From the NCBI GenBank assembly GCA_964016885.1, contig OZ024742.1, forward strand, positions 218,674,001-218,738,000: 64,000 nt of DNA, given 5' to 3'. Each line of letters starts with the position of its first letter. Positions within the stretch are counted from its first letter, which is position 1. Position numbers and translations under genes: made by a program. The notes under the pieces were generated by a model, which did not search any database, was not told the DNA's origin, and was given only the letters and a program-made list of their open reading frames with translations. The DNA comes from Eledone cirrhosa. Taxonomy: Eukaryota. Positions 11,866-23,103 of this stretch are shown here, in pieces.

Positions 11866-14800
11866 ATATATGGTAAAGCTGAAGAGTCTAATGGTTATAG
11901 TGATGGTAAAAATGGTAAAATGTATAACATTGGTAGAAAGGATAAAACTGGTAGAAGTGATGAAACTAGTAGAAGTGATGAAACTGCTAGAAGTGATGAA
12001 ACTCGTAGAATTGATAGCTATGATGAATCTGATGAATCTGATGACTATGATAGACTTGATGACACCGATAGAATGGGGAAAACTAGTAGAAGTGGCCAAA
12101 TTTATAAGGGTCGTAAAGCTGATAAAACCGCTAGATTTTTTGAAAATGGTAGAATTGATGAAACTGGTAGAGATTATGATAGACCTGATAGAGATTATGG
12201 TAGAGATTATGATAGACCTGATAGAGATTATGGTAGAGATTATGGTAGACCTGATAGAGATTATGATAGACCTGATAGAGATTATGGTAGAGATTATGGT
12301 AGACCTGATAGAGATTATGGTAGAGATTATGGTAGACCTGATAGAACTGGTAGAATGGATAAAACCGTTAGAACTGATAGAACTGGTAGAATTTATGAAA
12401 ATGGTAGACCTGATAGAACTGGTAGAATGGATAAAACTGTTAGAAGTGATAGAACTGGTAGAATTTATGAAAATCGTAAAATTTATGAAAATGATAGACC
12501 TGATAGAATTGGTAGAATGGATAAAACTGGTAGAGCAGATAAAACAAGTAGACATGATATAACTGGCAGAACTGATAAAAGTGGTAGAACTGATGCAACG
12601 GGTAGAATGGATATAACTGGTAGAACTGATAAAAGTGGTAGAACTGATACAATGGGTAGAATGGATATAACTGGTAGAACTGATAAAAGTGATAGGCCTG
12701 ATACAATGGGTAGAATGGATATAACTGGTAGAACTGATAAAAGTGGTAGACCTGATATAACTGGCAGAACTGATAAAAGTGGTAGAACTGATACAACTGG
12801 TAGAATGGATATAACTGGTAGAACAGATAAAAGTGATAGAACTGACACAACTGGTAGAATGGATATAACTGGTAGAACTGATAAAAGTGGTAGAACTGAT
12901 ACAACTAGTAGAATGGATACAGCTGGTAGAACTGATAAAGGTGGTAGAACTGATACAACTGGTAGAATGGATATAACTGGTAGAACTGATAAAATTGGGA
13001 GAATGGATAAAACTGGTAGAGCAGATATAACTGGTAGAACTGATACAACTGGTAAACCTGATATAACTGGCAGAACTGATAAAAGTGGTAGAACTGATAC
13101 AACTGGTAGATCAGATATAACTGGTAGAACTGATAAAAGTGGTAGAACTGACACAACTGGTAGATCAGATATAACTGATAGAACTGATAAAAGTGGTAGA
13201 ACTGACACAACTGGTAGATCAGATATAACTGGTAGAACTGATAAAAGTGGTAGAATTGACACAACTGGTAGAAGTGATAAAAGTGGTAGAACTGATACAA
13301 CTAGTAGAATGGATACAGCTGGTAGAATTGATAAAAGTGGTAGAACTGATACAACTGGTAGAACTGATAAAAGTGGTAGAACTGATACAACTGGTAGAAT
13401 GGATATAACTCGTAGAACTGATAAAATTGGGACAATGGATAAAACTGGTAGAGCAGATATAACTGGTAGAACTGATATAACTGATAAAATTGATAAAAGT
13501 GGTAGAATGGATAAAACTGGTAGAGCAGATAAAACTGGGAGAATGGATAAAACTGGTAGAGCAGATATAACTGATATAAATGGTAGAATTGATAAAACTG
13601 GTAAAACTGATAAAACTTGGAGAATGGATAAGGCTGGAAGAACTGATGTAAGTGGTAGAATGGATAAAAGTGGGAGAATGGATAAAACTGGGAGAATGGA
13701 TATACCTGAAAGGATGGACAAAAGTGGGAGAATGGATCCTATGGAAAGAATGGATAAAACTGGGAGAATGGATAGAAGTGGTAGAATGGATAGAATGGAT
13801 AAAAGCGGGAAAATGGATCCTATGGAAAGAATGGATAAAACTGGGGCAATGGATAGAAGGGATAGAATGGATAGAATGGATAAAAGCGGGAAAATGGATC
13901 CTATGGAAAGAATGGATAAAACTGGGGCAATGGATAGAAGGGATAGAATGGATAGAATGGATAAAAGCGGGAAAATGGATCCTATGGAAAGAATGGATAA
14001 AACTGGGGCAATGGATAGAAGGGATAGAATGGATAAAAGCGGGAAAATGGATCCCATGGAAAGAATGGATAAAACTGGGGCAATGGATAGAAGGGATAGA
14101 ATGGATAGAATGGATAAAAGCGGGAAAATGGATCCTATGGAAAGAATGGATAAAACTGGGGCAATGGATAGAAGGGATAGAATGGATAGAATGGATAAAA
14201 GCGGGAAAATGGATCCTATGGAAAGAATGGATAAAACTGGGGCAATGGATAGAAGGGATAGAATGGATAGAATGGATAAAAGCGGGAAAATGGATCCTAT
14301 GGAAAGAATGGATAAAACTGGGGCAATGGATAGAAGGGATAGAATGGATAGAATGGATAAAAGCGGGAAAATGGATCCTATGGAAAGAATGGATAAAACT
14401 GGGGCAATGGATAGAAGGGATAGAATGGATAGAATGGATAAAAGCGGGAAAATGGATCCTATGGAAAGAATGGATAAAACTGGGGGAAGGGATAGAATGG
14501 ATAGAATGGATAAAAGCGGGAAAATGGATCCTATGGAAAGAATGGATAAAACTGGGGGAAGGGATAGAATGGATAGAATGGATAGAATGGATAAAAGCGG
14601 GAGAATGGATAAATTTGGGAGAATGGATAAAAGCGGGAAAATGGATCCTATGGAAAGAATGGATAAAACTGGGGGAAGGGATAGAAGGGATAGAATGGAT
14701 AGAATGGATAAAAGCGGGAAAATGGATCCTATGGAAAGAATGGATAAAACTGGGGGAAGGGATAGAATGGATAGAATGGATAGAATGGATAAAAGCGGGA

Positions 14801-15993
14801 GAATGGATAAATTTGGGAGAATGGATAAAAGCGGGAAAATGGATCCTATGGAAAGAATGGATAAAACTGGGGCAATGGATAGAAGGGATAGAATGGATAG
14901 AATGGATAAAAGCGGGAAAATGGATCCTATGGAAAGAATGGATAAAACTGGGGCAATGGATAGAAGGGATAGAATGGATAGAATGGATAAAAGCGGGAAA
15001 ATGGATCCTATGGAAAGAATGGATAAAACTGGGGGAAGGGATAGAAGGGATAGAATGGATAGAATGGATAAAAGCGGGAAAATGGATCCTATGGAAAGAA
15101 TGGATAAAACTGGGGGAAGGGATAGAATGGATAGAATGGATAGAATGGATAAAAGCGGGAAAATGGATCCTATGGAAAGAATGGATAAAACTGGGGGAAG
15201 GGATAGAATGGATAGAATGGATAGAATGGATAAAAGCGGGAGAATGGATAAATTTGGGAGAATGGATAAAAGCGGGAAAATGGATCCTATGGAAAGAATG
15301 GATAAAACTGGGGGAATGGATAGAAGGGGTAGAATGGATGTAATGGATAAAATGGATAAAAGTGGGAGAATGGATAAATTTGGGAGAATGGATAAAAGCG
15401 GAAAAATGAATCTTATGGAAAGAATGGATAAAATTGGAAGAATGGATAGAACTGGGAGAATGGATAAATTGGAGACAATGGATAAAACTAGGAGAATGGA
15501 TAAAAGTGGTATAATGGATAAAACTGGGAGAATGGATAAAACTGGGAGAATGGATAAATTTGGGACAATGGATAAAACTGGGAGAATGGACAAATTTGGG
15601 ACAATGGATAAAACTGGGAGAATGAATAAAACTGGGAGAATCGATAAATTTGGAAGAGTGGATAAAACTGGGAGAATGGATAAAAGTTGGAGAATGGATA
15701 GAAGTGGGAGAATGGATAGAAGTGGGAGAATGGATAGAAGTGGGAGAATGGATATACCTGGGAGAATGGATATGCCTGGGAGAGTTAGTCAATCTTCTAC
15801 ATCTATGAAACTAGGACAAATTGGGAATCTTGGAATATTGGGTCAAGTCATGAAAAATGGTAAAAGGATGGCCGAATCTGATAAATTGAAAATCCTATTG
15901 AGCAAATTTCTATTCGCAACATTTAAACCTGATAGATATAAATTGGTACCAGATACTGAATATCTGTATGGAACCAACTACAGCCATAATTAA
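11866..15993 (+). CDS. ANKMY1: Giant terminal exon (1,375 aa plus stop) of the ANKMY1-like gene: M/D/R/K/G/T tandem-repeat polyampholyte with a unique C-terminal tail
   Basis: Acceptor ttttcttatttttctag| at 11865; phase 0 (IYGKAEESNGYSDGKNGK-M11920) is in frame with ORF 11920..15993; ends in non-repetitive VSQSSTSMKLG...YLYGTNYSHN*. Confidence 0.72.
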   Translation: MYGKAEESNGYSDGKNGKMYNIGRKDKTGRSDETSRSDETARSDETRRIDSYDESDESDDYDRLDDTDRMGKTSRSGQIYKGRKADKTARFFENGRIDETGRDYDRPDRDYGRDYDRPDRDYGRDYGRPDRDYDRPDRDYGRDYGRPDRDYGRDYGRPDRTGRMDKTVRTDRTGRIYENGRPDRTGRMDKTVRSDRTGRIYENRKIYENDRPDRIGRMDKTGRADKTSRHDITGRTDKSGRTDATGRMDITGRTDKSGRTDTMGRMDITGRTDKSDRPDTMGRMDITGRTDKSGRPDITGRTDKSGRTDTTGRMDITGRTDKSDRTDTTGRMDITGRTDKSGRTDTTSRMDTAGRTDKGGRTDTTGRMDITGRTDKIGRMDKTGRADITGRTDTTGKPDITGRTDKSGRTDTTGRSDITGRTDKSGRTDTTGRSDITDRTDKSGRTDTTGRSDITGRTDKSGRIDTTGRSDKSGRTDTTSRMDTAGRIDKSGRTDTTGRTDKSGRTDTTGRMDITRRTDKIGTMDKTGRADITGRTDITDKIDKSGRMDKTGRADKTGRMDKTGRADITDINGRIDKTGKTDKTWRMDKAGRTDVSGRMDKSGRMDKTGRMDIPERMDKSGRMDPMERMDKTGRMDRSGRMDRMDKSGKMDPMERMDKTGAMDRRDRMDRMDKSGKMDPMERMDKTGAMDRRDRMDRMDKSGKMDPMERMDKTGAMDRRDRMDKSGKMDPMERMDKTGAMDRRDRMDRMDKSGKMDPMERMDKTGAMDRRDRMDRMDKSGKMDPMERMDKTGAMDRRDRMDRMDKSGKMDPMERMDKTGAMDRRDRMDRMDKSGKMDPMERMDKTGAMDRRDRMDRMDKSGKMDPMERMDKTGGRDRMDRMDKSGKMDPMERMDKTGGRDRMDRMDRMDKSGRMDKFGRMDKSGKMDPMERMDKTGGRDRRDRMDRMDKSGKMDPMERMDKTGGRDRMDRMDRMDKSGRMDKFGRMDKSGKMDPMERMDKTGAMDRRDRMDRMDKSGKMDPMERMDKTGAMDRRDRMDRMDKSGKMDPMERMDKTGGRDRRDRMDRMDKSGKMDPMERMDKTGGRDRMDRMDRMDKSGKMDPMERMDKTGGRDRMDRMDRMDKSGRMDKFGRMDKSGKMDPMERMDKTGGMDRRGRMDVMDKMDKSGRMDKFGRMDKSGKMNLMERMDKIGRMDRTGRMDKLETMDKTRRMDKSGIMDKTGRMDKTGRMDKFGTMDKTGRMDKFGTMDKTGRMNKTGRIDKFGRVDKTGRMDKSWRMDRSGRMDRSGRMDRSGRMDIPGRMDMPGRVSQSSTSMKLGQIGNLGILGQVMKNGKRMAESDKLKILLSKFLFATFKPDRYKLVPDTEYLYGTNYSHN
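13795..15310 (+). repeat. Homogeneous ~81-bp (27-aa) tandem repeat inside the giant exon
   Basis: Unit MDKSGKMDPMERMDKTGAMDRRDRMDR with variants, built from a 9-bp ATGGATAGA-like subunit. Confidence 0.92.
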
Positions 15994-16423
15994 CCACTGA
16001 ATGTTTGAATTAAAGACAATGCTGCCACAATTGACAGAATATGTGTATGGAAGAAACTTCCACCACAATTGACTAAAAAACTTGTATAAAGATTTAACAG
16101 AGGTTTAAAATTTCACATTAACTGAGATGATTTTTGCTGTTGGCTGATTCATTGTAATGGCTGAGAGATCATTGAATGTTTCAGTATATTATATTGCACT
16201 GTCAGGACAAAAGAAACAATTACATAATTGTTTATCATTTAAAGAGACAGGAAGAGAGAGAGAGGGAGAAATAGAAGAGAGGAGGGAGTGGGATAGAAAG
16301 AGAAAAGATGACAAATTAAAACAACAAAACAAAAAAACAATCAATGTTTGTTAATATATCAATCAAAATGAATTTTTTTCTGAAACTTTTTCCTGTTGAT
16401 TAATCAATAATGACAATAATTAT

Positions 16424-16590
16424 AATTGTTTCTACTTTGGCACAAGGCCAGCAATTACCCAGTGCATTACTGGTACTTAATTTTATCGACCCCATAAGGA
16501 TGAAAGGCAAAGTTAACCTCAGCTGGATTTGAACTCAGATCATAAAGGGCCCTAACTCTATGCTGCAAAACATGGTGTCTGAACCTGAAA
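16424..16590 (-). mobile_element. SINE family A
   Basis: Reverse complement of the 1-140 core. Confidence 0.8.
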
Positions 16591-16928
16591 TAATGTATAA
16601 AATCAAAGGATTGTCTGAATAGCGGCAAGAATTTGAAATTTGTATTTATGACAAATTCTCTTTGTACAAATAAATAAATAAATAAATAAATAAACAATAA
16701 GTAATAAATATATAAGTAATAAATAAATAAACAAATAAATAAATAAATAATAAATGATAAATAACAAATAAATGAATAAATAATAAATAAATAAAAATTT
16801 AATGAATAAGTAATAAATAAATAATAAATAATAAATAACAAATGAACAATAAATAATGAATAAATAAATAATAAATAAATAAATAATATGTAAATAAATA
16901 AATAATAAATAAGTAATAAATAAATAAT

Positions 16929-18950
16929 CCGAAAGTCCTCCCATGTCTTAACTTTGGACACTTTTACTGTCTCTGCTGCGATTTTTTGCGCCTGCTTGTA
17001 CCACAAGTGGAAGAAGGAGGACTTATTTCCAAGCCTAGCTTTGTAAACCTCCTTCTTTGCTCAGATGACATTTTTGACCTCTTGATTGAACCAAGCAGTC
17101 CTCCTGCCATCCGGCACCACATGAAGCCTCTTTTGCCCACAGCATTTAACAGCTGAAACAGAAACTGCTGCACTAAACAATCTCCACTCTGTCTCAACGT
17201 CCTCAGTTTGCTCAGGGAGTTCTCTGAATTTGGATACAATGGTATCTGTATACCTAGTCCTGACTTTCTTATCCACCAATGCTTCCCACTTTATCCTGTA
17301 GATTGCTCTGGACCTGCCAGTTTTGAGGGCTTCTTTGGCTTTAGGTAGTCTCAAGTTGCAGATAACTAGATGGTGACCAGTTGACAGCTTAGCACCTCTC
17401 TTAACACATACATCCATCACAGAATCAAAGAGATCAGAGACAATTACAAAATCAATTATTGATTTTGTCCCTGATTCCTCCTATACCATGTATATTTATG
17501 GATGTCACTCTGCTGGAAGAAGCTGTTCATAATAGAGAGTCCATTTCTAGAAAAGAAGTCCAGCAAGGCCTCTCCATTTGTATTTAGATTGGGGTTGCCA
17601 TTTTTTTCAATCACTCCTTTCCATGTCAGGTCATGAGTGCCAATATGTGCATCAGGATATATGACTCAGTCTTAACAACATCTAACACTGCAGTGACTTC
17701 ATCAAGGAAGGACCTGTATTCGGACTCCTTGTTTGATGCATAAACTTGCACCACCCACAGAGACCTATGTTTCAGTCGAAGCTTCAAGAGGCAAATCCTC
17801 TCTCCTAATGGAATCCAGTCCATTACACATTCTGACAGCTGGGGGCTTTTGTGCAGTAATTTCTTGCGCCACACTTGAATAGTGGAATTTCCATCCTCCA
17901 TCCAAATCAAGTCATGGAACTTTGTTGAGGAAACCCTGACTATATGTAGCTGGTAGCAGCTAGCCCATTCCACTAGTTCCTGCTCCTTACTTGTAAAGGC
18001 TGTATTCAGATAAATGGTGCTAAATCGAAACCATTCAATGTGTGAGTCAGACTCTGCCAAGAGTGCATACTGTCACCTCTCCTGTTTATCATTTACATGA
18101 ACAAGATTGGCATGCACAGCTGGGTTGGAAGTGGTTTCACGACTAGTGGGTAAAAATCAGTCAGCTGGAATTTACAGATGACATGGTGTTACTTAACTAG
18201 ACAGAAGATGATCTTTGACTTGCACTTGATAGGTTTGATGCCCAGTGTTGCATGGCTGGAATGAAAATCAGTACTGCGAAAACTGAAACATTCATCCTCT
18301 CAAGGAAGCCTGTGTAGTGCACGCTACATGTGAATGGAGTTCCACTGAAGCAGATAAAGAAGTTCAAGTATCTCGGGGCCGTATTCACAAGTGATGGAAG
18401 GCAGGAGGCTGAATTAAGTGCCAGAATTGCGAAAGCTGGTGCAGTAATGTACCAGCTTCAGCATTCAGCATTCAGTAATCCAAAGAAGGGTGATAGGCAT
18501 AAAAGCCAAACTCGCTGTCTTCAAATCGTTTTTCGTGCCAACCCTTACCTATGGTCATGAATCTTGGGTAATGACTGAAAGAATATGATTGCGAATACAA
18601 ATGGCTGAAATGGGGTTCCCCCGAAAGGCCTTTGGAGTAACATTACTCGATAAAGTGCATACCTCAGAGAGAGAGTCACTCCAGGTAGAGCCCCTTCTTC
18701 TCCGAATTGAGAGATCACAGCTTCGATACTATGGGCATGTGGTTAGGATGTCTCAGGAAAGAATTGCTGGACCCAGGGGTAGAACCCGAGTAAGATGGTT
18801 GGATACCATCCATGAGCTTGGCTGGTCTTGCTTGGGGATCCAGCCGGATCAGCTGGAGATGGTTGCTTCTGACAGAACCTGCTGGAAGGAGTGTTTGTTG
18901 ACTCTGCTCCCATGACCCTCTCAGGAATAAGTGAGTGAAGAAGAAGAAGA
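16929..18950. mobile_element. RTE (BovB/Expander-like) LINE with inverted 5' part
   Basis: APE segment on - (about 16930-18000) abuts RT C-terminus and 3' end on + (18001-18950, CQECILSPLLFIIYM.., (GAA)n tail); A-rich (TAAA)n-type repeat on both sides. Confidence 0.8.
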
Positions 18951-19259
18951 AATAAATACTAAATACATAATAAATAAATAATAAAGAAATAATAAAGAAA
19001 AGAATAAATAAATAATCAATAAATAAATAATAAATAAATAATAAATAAATGATAAATGATAAATAAATAATAAAAAAATAATAAATAAATGATAAATAAA
19101 TAATAAAAAAATAAATAAAAAAATTAATAAATAAATAATAAATAAATAAATAATAGACATAAAAAAGGACACTACATGAGATTCAAACTCCTCAAACTTT
19201 CAACTGGTTGGCTGCCAACTTATCTACTCAGTATATTGTTACACTTATTTATAACTTAA

Positions 19260-19446
19260 CCCTTTATCATTTACATAACTATATTTACTATTGCATTTTC
19301 AAGGTAAAGTGTTTCTCTCACATAATATGAGATTTTGATGTTATCTATTTTGAGAACAATACCTAAACATCGGTATGAGCAGCAGGTTATGGCCAGTTTG
19401 AACAGAAAGAGGTGAGAGAATTCTGGCCAGGTTAAATGCTAAAGGG
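19260..19446. mobile_element. piggyBac-type MITE
   Basis: TTAA|CCCTTTATCATTTA ... TAAATGCTAAAGGG|TTAA. Confidence 0.7.
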
Positions 19447-19686
19447 TTAATCCAAATAAAAAATATGCAAAATAATATATTAGTCTTTTTTTTTTGGCAG
19501 ATTCTTAATTTCTAACATGAAAATCATAAAAATCCAAACAGATTTTTTTTTAAATGTGCATAATAAAAAAGTTAGTGTCGGTAAGGGTTAAGAAGAATTT
19601 ACACTATTTTGGACTGATACTTGATGGATGAAAGGATAAGTTTATCGAGTGAGATTTTGATGCAGAACAGAGAGCCAGAACAACTA

Positions 19687-20860
19687 CATCATCATTTTAC
19701 AACCATTGTTCCATGCTTGCATGGGTTGGACAGGTCCTTCTCAGTACAGCATCTCTCCACTTGTGTTCCTTTTGTTCTCTCTTCTATGAGCTTCAGTGAT
19801 TTGAGATCAGTTCTCACCACTTCCATCTAGGTCTACCTCTACTGCAGCTTCCTTCCACTGTGATTATTTGGCACTTTTTCAATGATGATCATCAACCATG
19901 TGCAACATATGTCCATACCAATGCAGTCTCTAAATTTGATTCCTCTGACACGCAGTTTCTCCCTCAGTTCAACTCTGCTTTGTCATTCTCATACATTAAC
20001 ATTGCACATTTCATTGAAGCAAGCTTGCCTCATTTCTCTCCAGCCTTCACATGTCCTCTGTGTTTATTGCCCATGTCTCATTACCATGCAGCACGGGACT
20101 TTGCACACAGGCATCATACCGCTGACCTTTTGTTCATAACCGTTCCCTAAACTTCTCCCAATCCTGTCCTTATTCTAGCTACTATGCTCTCTGAACACCC
20201 CAGTTCACTGTTAATTATATTATTTAGGTAACAGAAGCTATTAACCACTTGTATGGATCCTTCCTAGGATTGGAAAAGGTTTATATTTTATTATTATCAT
20301 TGGCAATTACTATCTGCTACATACAATCTTAGATCTACTACATACAAAGTCTTCTTTTCATGTTAGTCGGTTATCCCACAACACCTCTTATGTATCAAAG
20401 ATTTGCATTGTGTACATCATATAGAGTTTATGCCTACTCCTTTTTGACATATCGAGCAAGGTCACCTACCTGATGAGATTGTTGCCCTATCTTTTGGGTT
20501 TTGTTAAATTTATTCTAAGCCCTTTTGATTCTAAGTTCAATTTCCACAACTGGAATTTATTCTCTAGTTCTTCCATAGATTCAGCTAAGAGGACCAAATC
20601 ATTGGCATACAGAATTCTCATGTGTAACCCATCTTAAACTCCTCTGTTATGGCCTAGAAGACTAGAATAAACAGAAGTGGGCTAAGAACTGAACCCAGAT
20701 GAGCTCCTACCGGTACCTTAAATTCCTCTCTAAACTTACTTTACTTACAGCTCTTCTGTAGATGGCTTGTACTGCTCTAATAAGCCACTCTTCTACGCCT
20801 AGTTTCTTTAAGGACCACCAGATGACCGATTGGGGTACTCTGTCAAAGGATTCTCTAGAT
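19687..20860 (-). mobile_element. 3' half of a decayed RTE LINE (from the DLE motif to the tail)
   Basis: Homologous to 6125-7360; stops exactly at CTCTAGAT (20853-20860). Confidence 0.85.
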
Positions 20861-21395
20861 CACAGGTTCTCAACCCATTTCGGCTAAAGTCCCCTTTTGC
20901 CCCTTAAAATCACGAAACTCCCCTCCTACCCTATTTTCCATTTTTCAATATACTACTGATTTTCATATCAGTAGATTACTGGGTCAAATCAAGTTATGTT
21001 AGAATATTTTTTAAAATCTTTAAAAAATACTCGTACGAATTAAATACAAAAATGTTTCAGTTCAAAACAAAAGCAAGCTATTTCAAATTATATATTTTTG
21101 AAAAATAGACGTGAATGTTCTCAAAGATTTGATCTGTCGAAAAAGCTTTTTTTTTTAATTCGATATTTCACCGTTAGCAGTTGTAATATTTTGAGTGGAT
21201 AGACAATTCTACAATTCAAACTGTAAAGTCAAAATACAAAAGATGCAAAATGTGAAGAATTTCTTACTTTTCTCTGGAATCACAAACCACAAAGGGAAAA
21301 ATAGTACCTTGCAAAATAAAGTGCCTCAATCACAAACTTAGTTGCAGCGAATGAACTGAGATGCTTGGTGACAGTGAGCAAACAATATCTGTATC

Positions 21396-21432
<37 letters not shown>

Positions 21433-21606
21433 GATAGACACACACACACACATACAAACACACACACACACAAACTTGTGTGTGTGTGTGTGTGTGTCTC
21501 TCTCTCTCTCTGTGCCTTGTTTTTGGTACAGAAAGAATTTTGTCTCCAGTTTTTATTGCCGGATCAAAGGCCACTGCTCTTTTCAACAACGTCAAATAAC
21601 AACGCC

Positions 21607-22987
21607 ATATATAATATATATTTGTGAAATGGGTGGTGGTTGAAATTCAAATGTGCACGGTTAAATGATAGTAGACATGGTCGGACTGACATGAAAATTT
21701 AAACACCTATGTAAAAAGTGCCAAGGAAGCAAACAGACGAGGTTTCAAATCTCTAACTTGAAAAATGTGGTCCCTGGGGCCTCAAAACTATCGCGTTCGG
21801 TGAGTTATTTCCACCTGTTCTAATACTTTTGTCTTATTTACAATTTCATCAACGTTCTTTCGCTGTTAACATACAGTACCAATAATTTGAAAAATATTAT
21901 TGAAAGTTTATTATAAAGAAGCAGTTTCAGGAAAAAGGGTAAACTATCATACAAACCTTTATAATATGCATTTTTAAACTTGCATATCATCGACATTGCT
22001 ATTTCGTTGTTAATAAACTATTATCCTTCTACATTTAACGATCTTACAGTACCGTTTTATGAAATCGATTCTGCAGTACGGTCACTGTTTTCCATCAAAA
22101 GAAATAAAACCCTTGGTGATACTTGGTTTTAGTGTCCTAAATTATCATCATCGACATTCAATTATTAGCTCCACCCACTACACGATACGTCACGAAGGTA
22201 AATGTTTCGAAAAAATTTAAAACTGTATATCGCAACAATATATTGTTTAAAGAAATTTTTTTTCTGTTGTTAAAAACTGTAAATCTGTTAAAAAAAAATG
22301 TGTTTCGCAGCAATTTTTTTTCTGTTAAAAACTGTAAATAAATATTCATGTAAAAATGAAGCATAGTGTTTCGGTTAAAAACTTAAAAACTATAAATAAA
22401 TATTCATGTAAAAATGAAGCATAGTTTTTCTATGAAAAACTGTAAATAAATATTTATTTTGTTCAAAAAATAAATCAAAAATCTAATTTTCTCTGTTAAT
22501 ATTTTAATAAATATTTATTCTAAAAATTCAATGTTTTTTCGTATAAAAATAAAGCATGTAAGAAAATGAATATGTAAAAATCAAGCAGCAGCAACAGCAG
22601 CTGATGACGTGTCGTGACGTATCGTGTAGTGGGTGGAGCTAATAATTGATTGTCGATGATGATAATTTAGGACACTAAAACCAAGTATCGCCAAACCCTT
22701 AAATTGCGAAGAAGGGACGCATGTTTTTATTTTAATTCTAATACATGTTAACCACCACTAACAGTAAGTAGTATTTTTCAAATTGCATATCATCGACATT
22801 GCTATTTCGCTTTTAATAAACGACGCTTTTCACCTCGCTCCACTTCTCATTGTACGCCGTCCAGCCCCAAGTGCATATTTCTATTTTTTTCCTGAAACTG
22901 CTTCTTTATAATAAACTTTCAATGATATTTTTCAAATTATTAACTTAATAAAAAGTGGCCCCGGGTGCAACCGGGCTCAGCTGCTAG
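21607..22987 (+). mobile_element. Non-autonomous Helitron-like element (5' end approximate)
   Basis: 3' hairpin CCCGGGTGCAACCGGG followed by CTAG|T; internal inverted repeat 21881-21936 / 22886-22941. Confidence 0.6.
22115..22692. mobile_element. MITE with 81-bp TIRs and 8-bp TSD (Merlin-like)
   Basis: TIRs 22115-22195 and 22612-22692, starting GG and ending CC; TSD AAACCCTT at 22107-22114 and 22693-22700. Confidence 0.85.
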
Positions 22988-23058
22988 TATATATATATAA
23001 ATGAAGAGAGAAAGAGGGAGAGACAGAGAAAGTAAGAAATGTGTGTGTTTGGTACACG

Positions 23059-23103
<45 letters not shown>

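Noticed and set aside
11792-15792. Long overlapping ORFs (12483..15593 -, 13219..15792 -, 13652..15343 +, 11792..12562 +)
   Set aside because: Shadow frames of a stop-poor 9-bp-based repeat. Only the 11866/11920 frame has a phase-compatible acceptor after the microexon and spans the whole repeat into a unique tail.
11920-15993. Calling the repeat ORF a reflectin, a standalone gene or a CRISPR-like array
   Set aside because: It lacks the Tyr/Trp richness and exact spacing of reflectins, has an upstream splice acceptor, and has no unique spacers; the context is eukaryotic.
16467-19172. Hydrophobic I/Y/L/F-rich ORFs (16467..17006, 16603..16944, 18921..19172)
   Set aside because: Translations of (TTTA)n-type microsatellite.
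23001-23103. ATG at 23001 as the start of an 885-aa domesticated RT gene
   Set aside because: The N-terminus is translated microsatellite (RERGRDRE, YLSIYLSI); the frame match with a 5'-truncated element is most simply chance.
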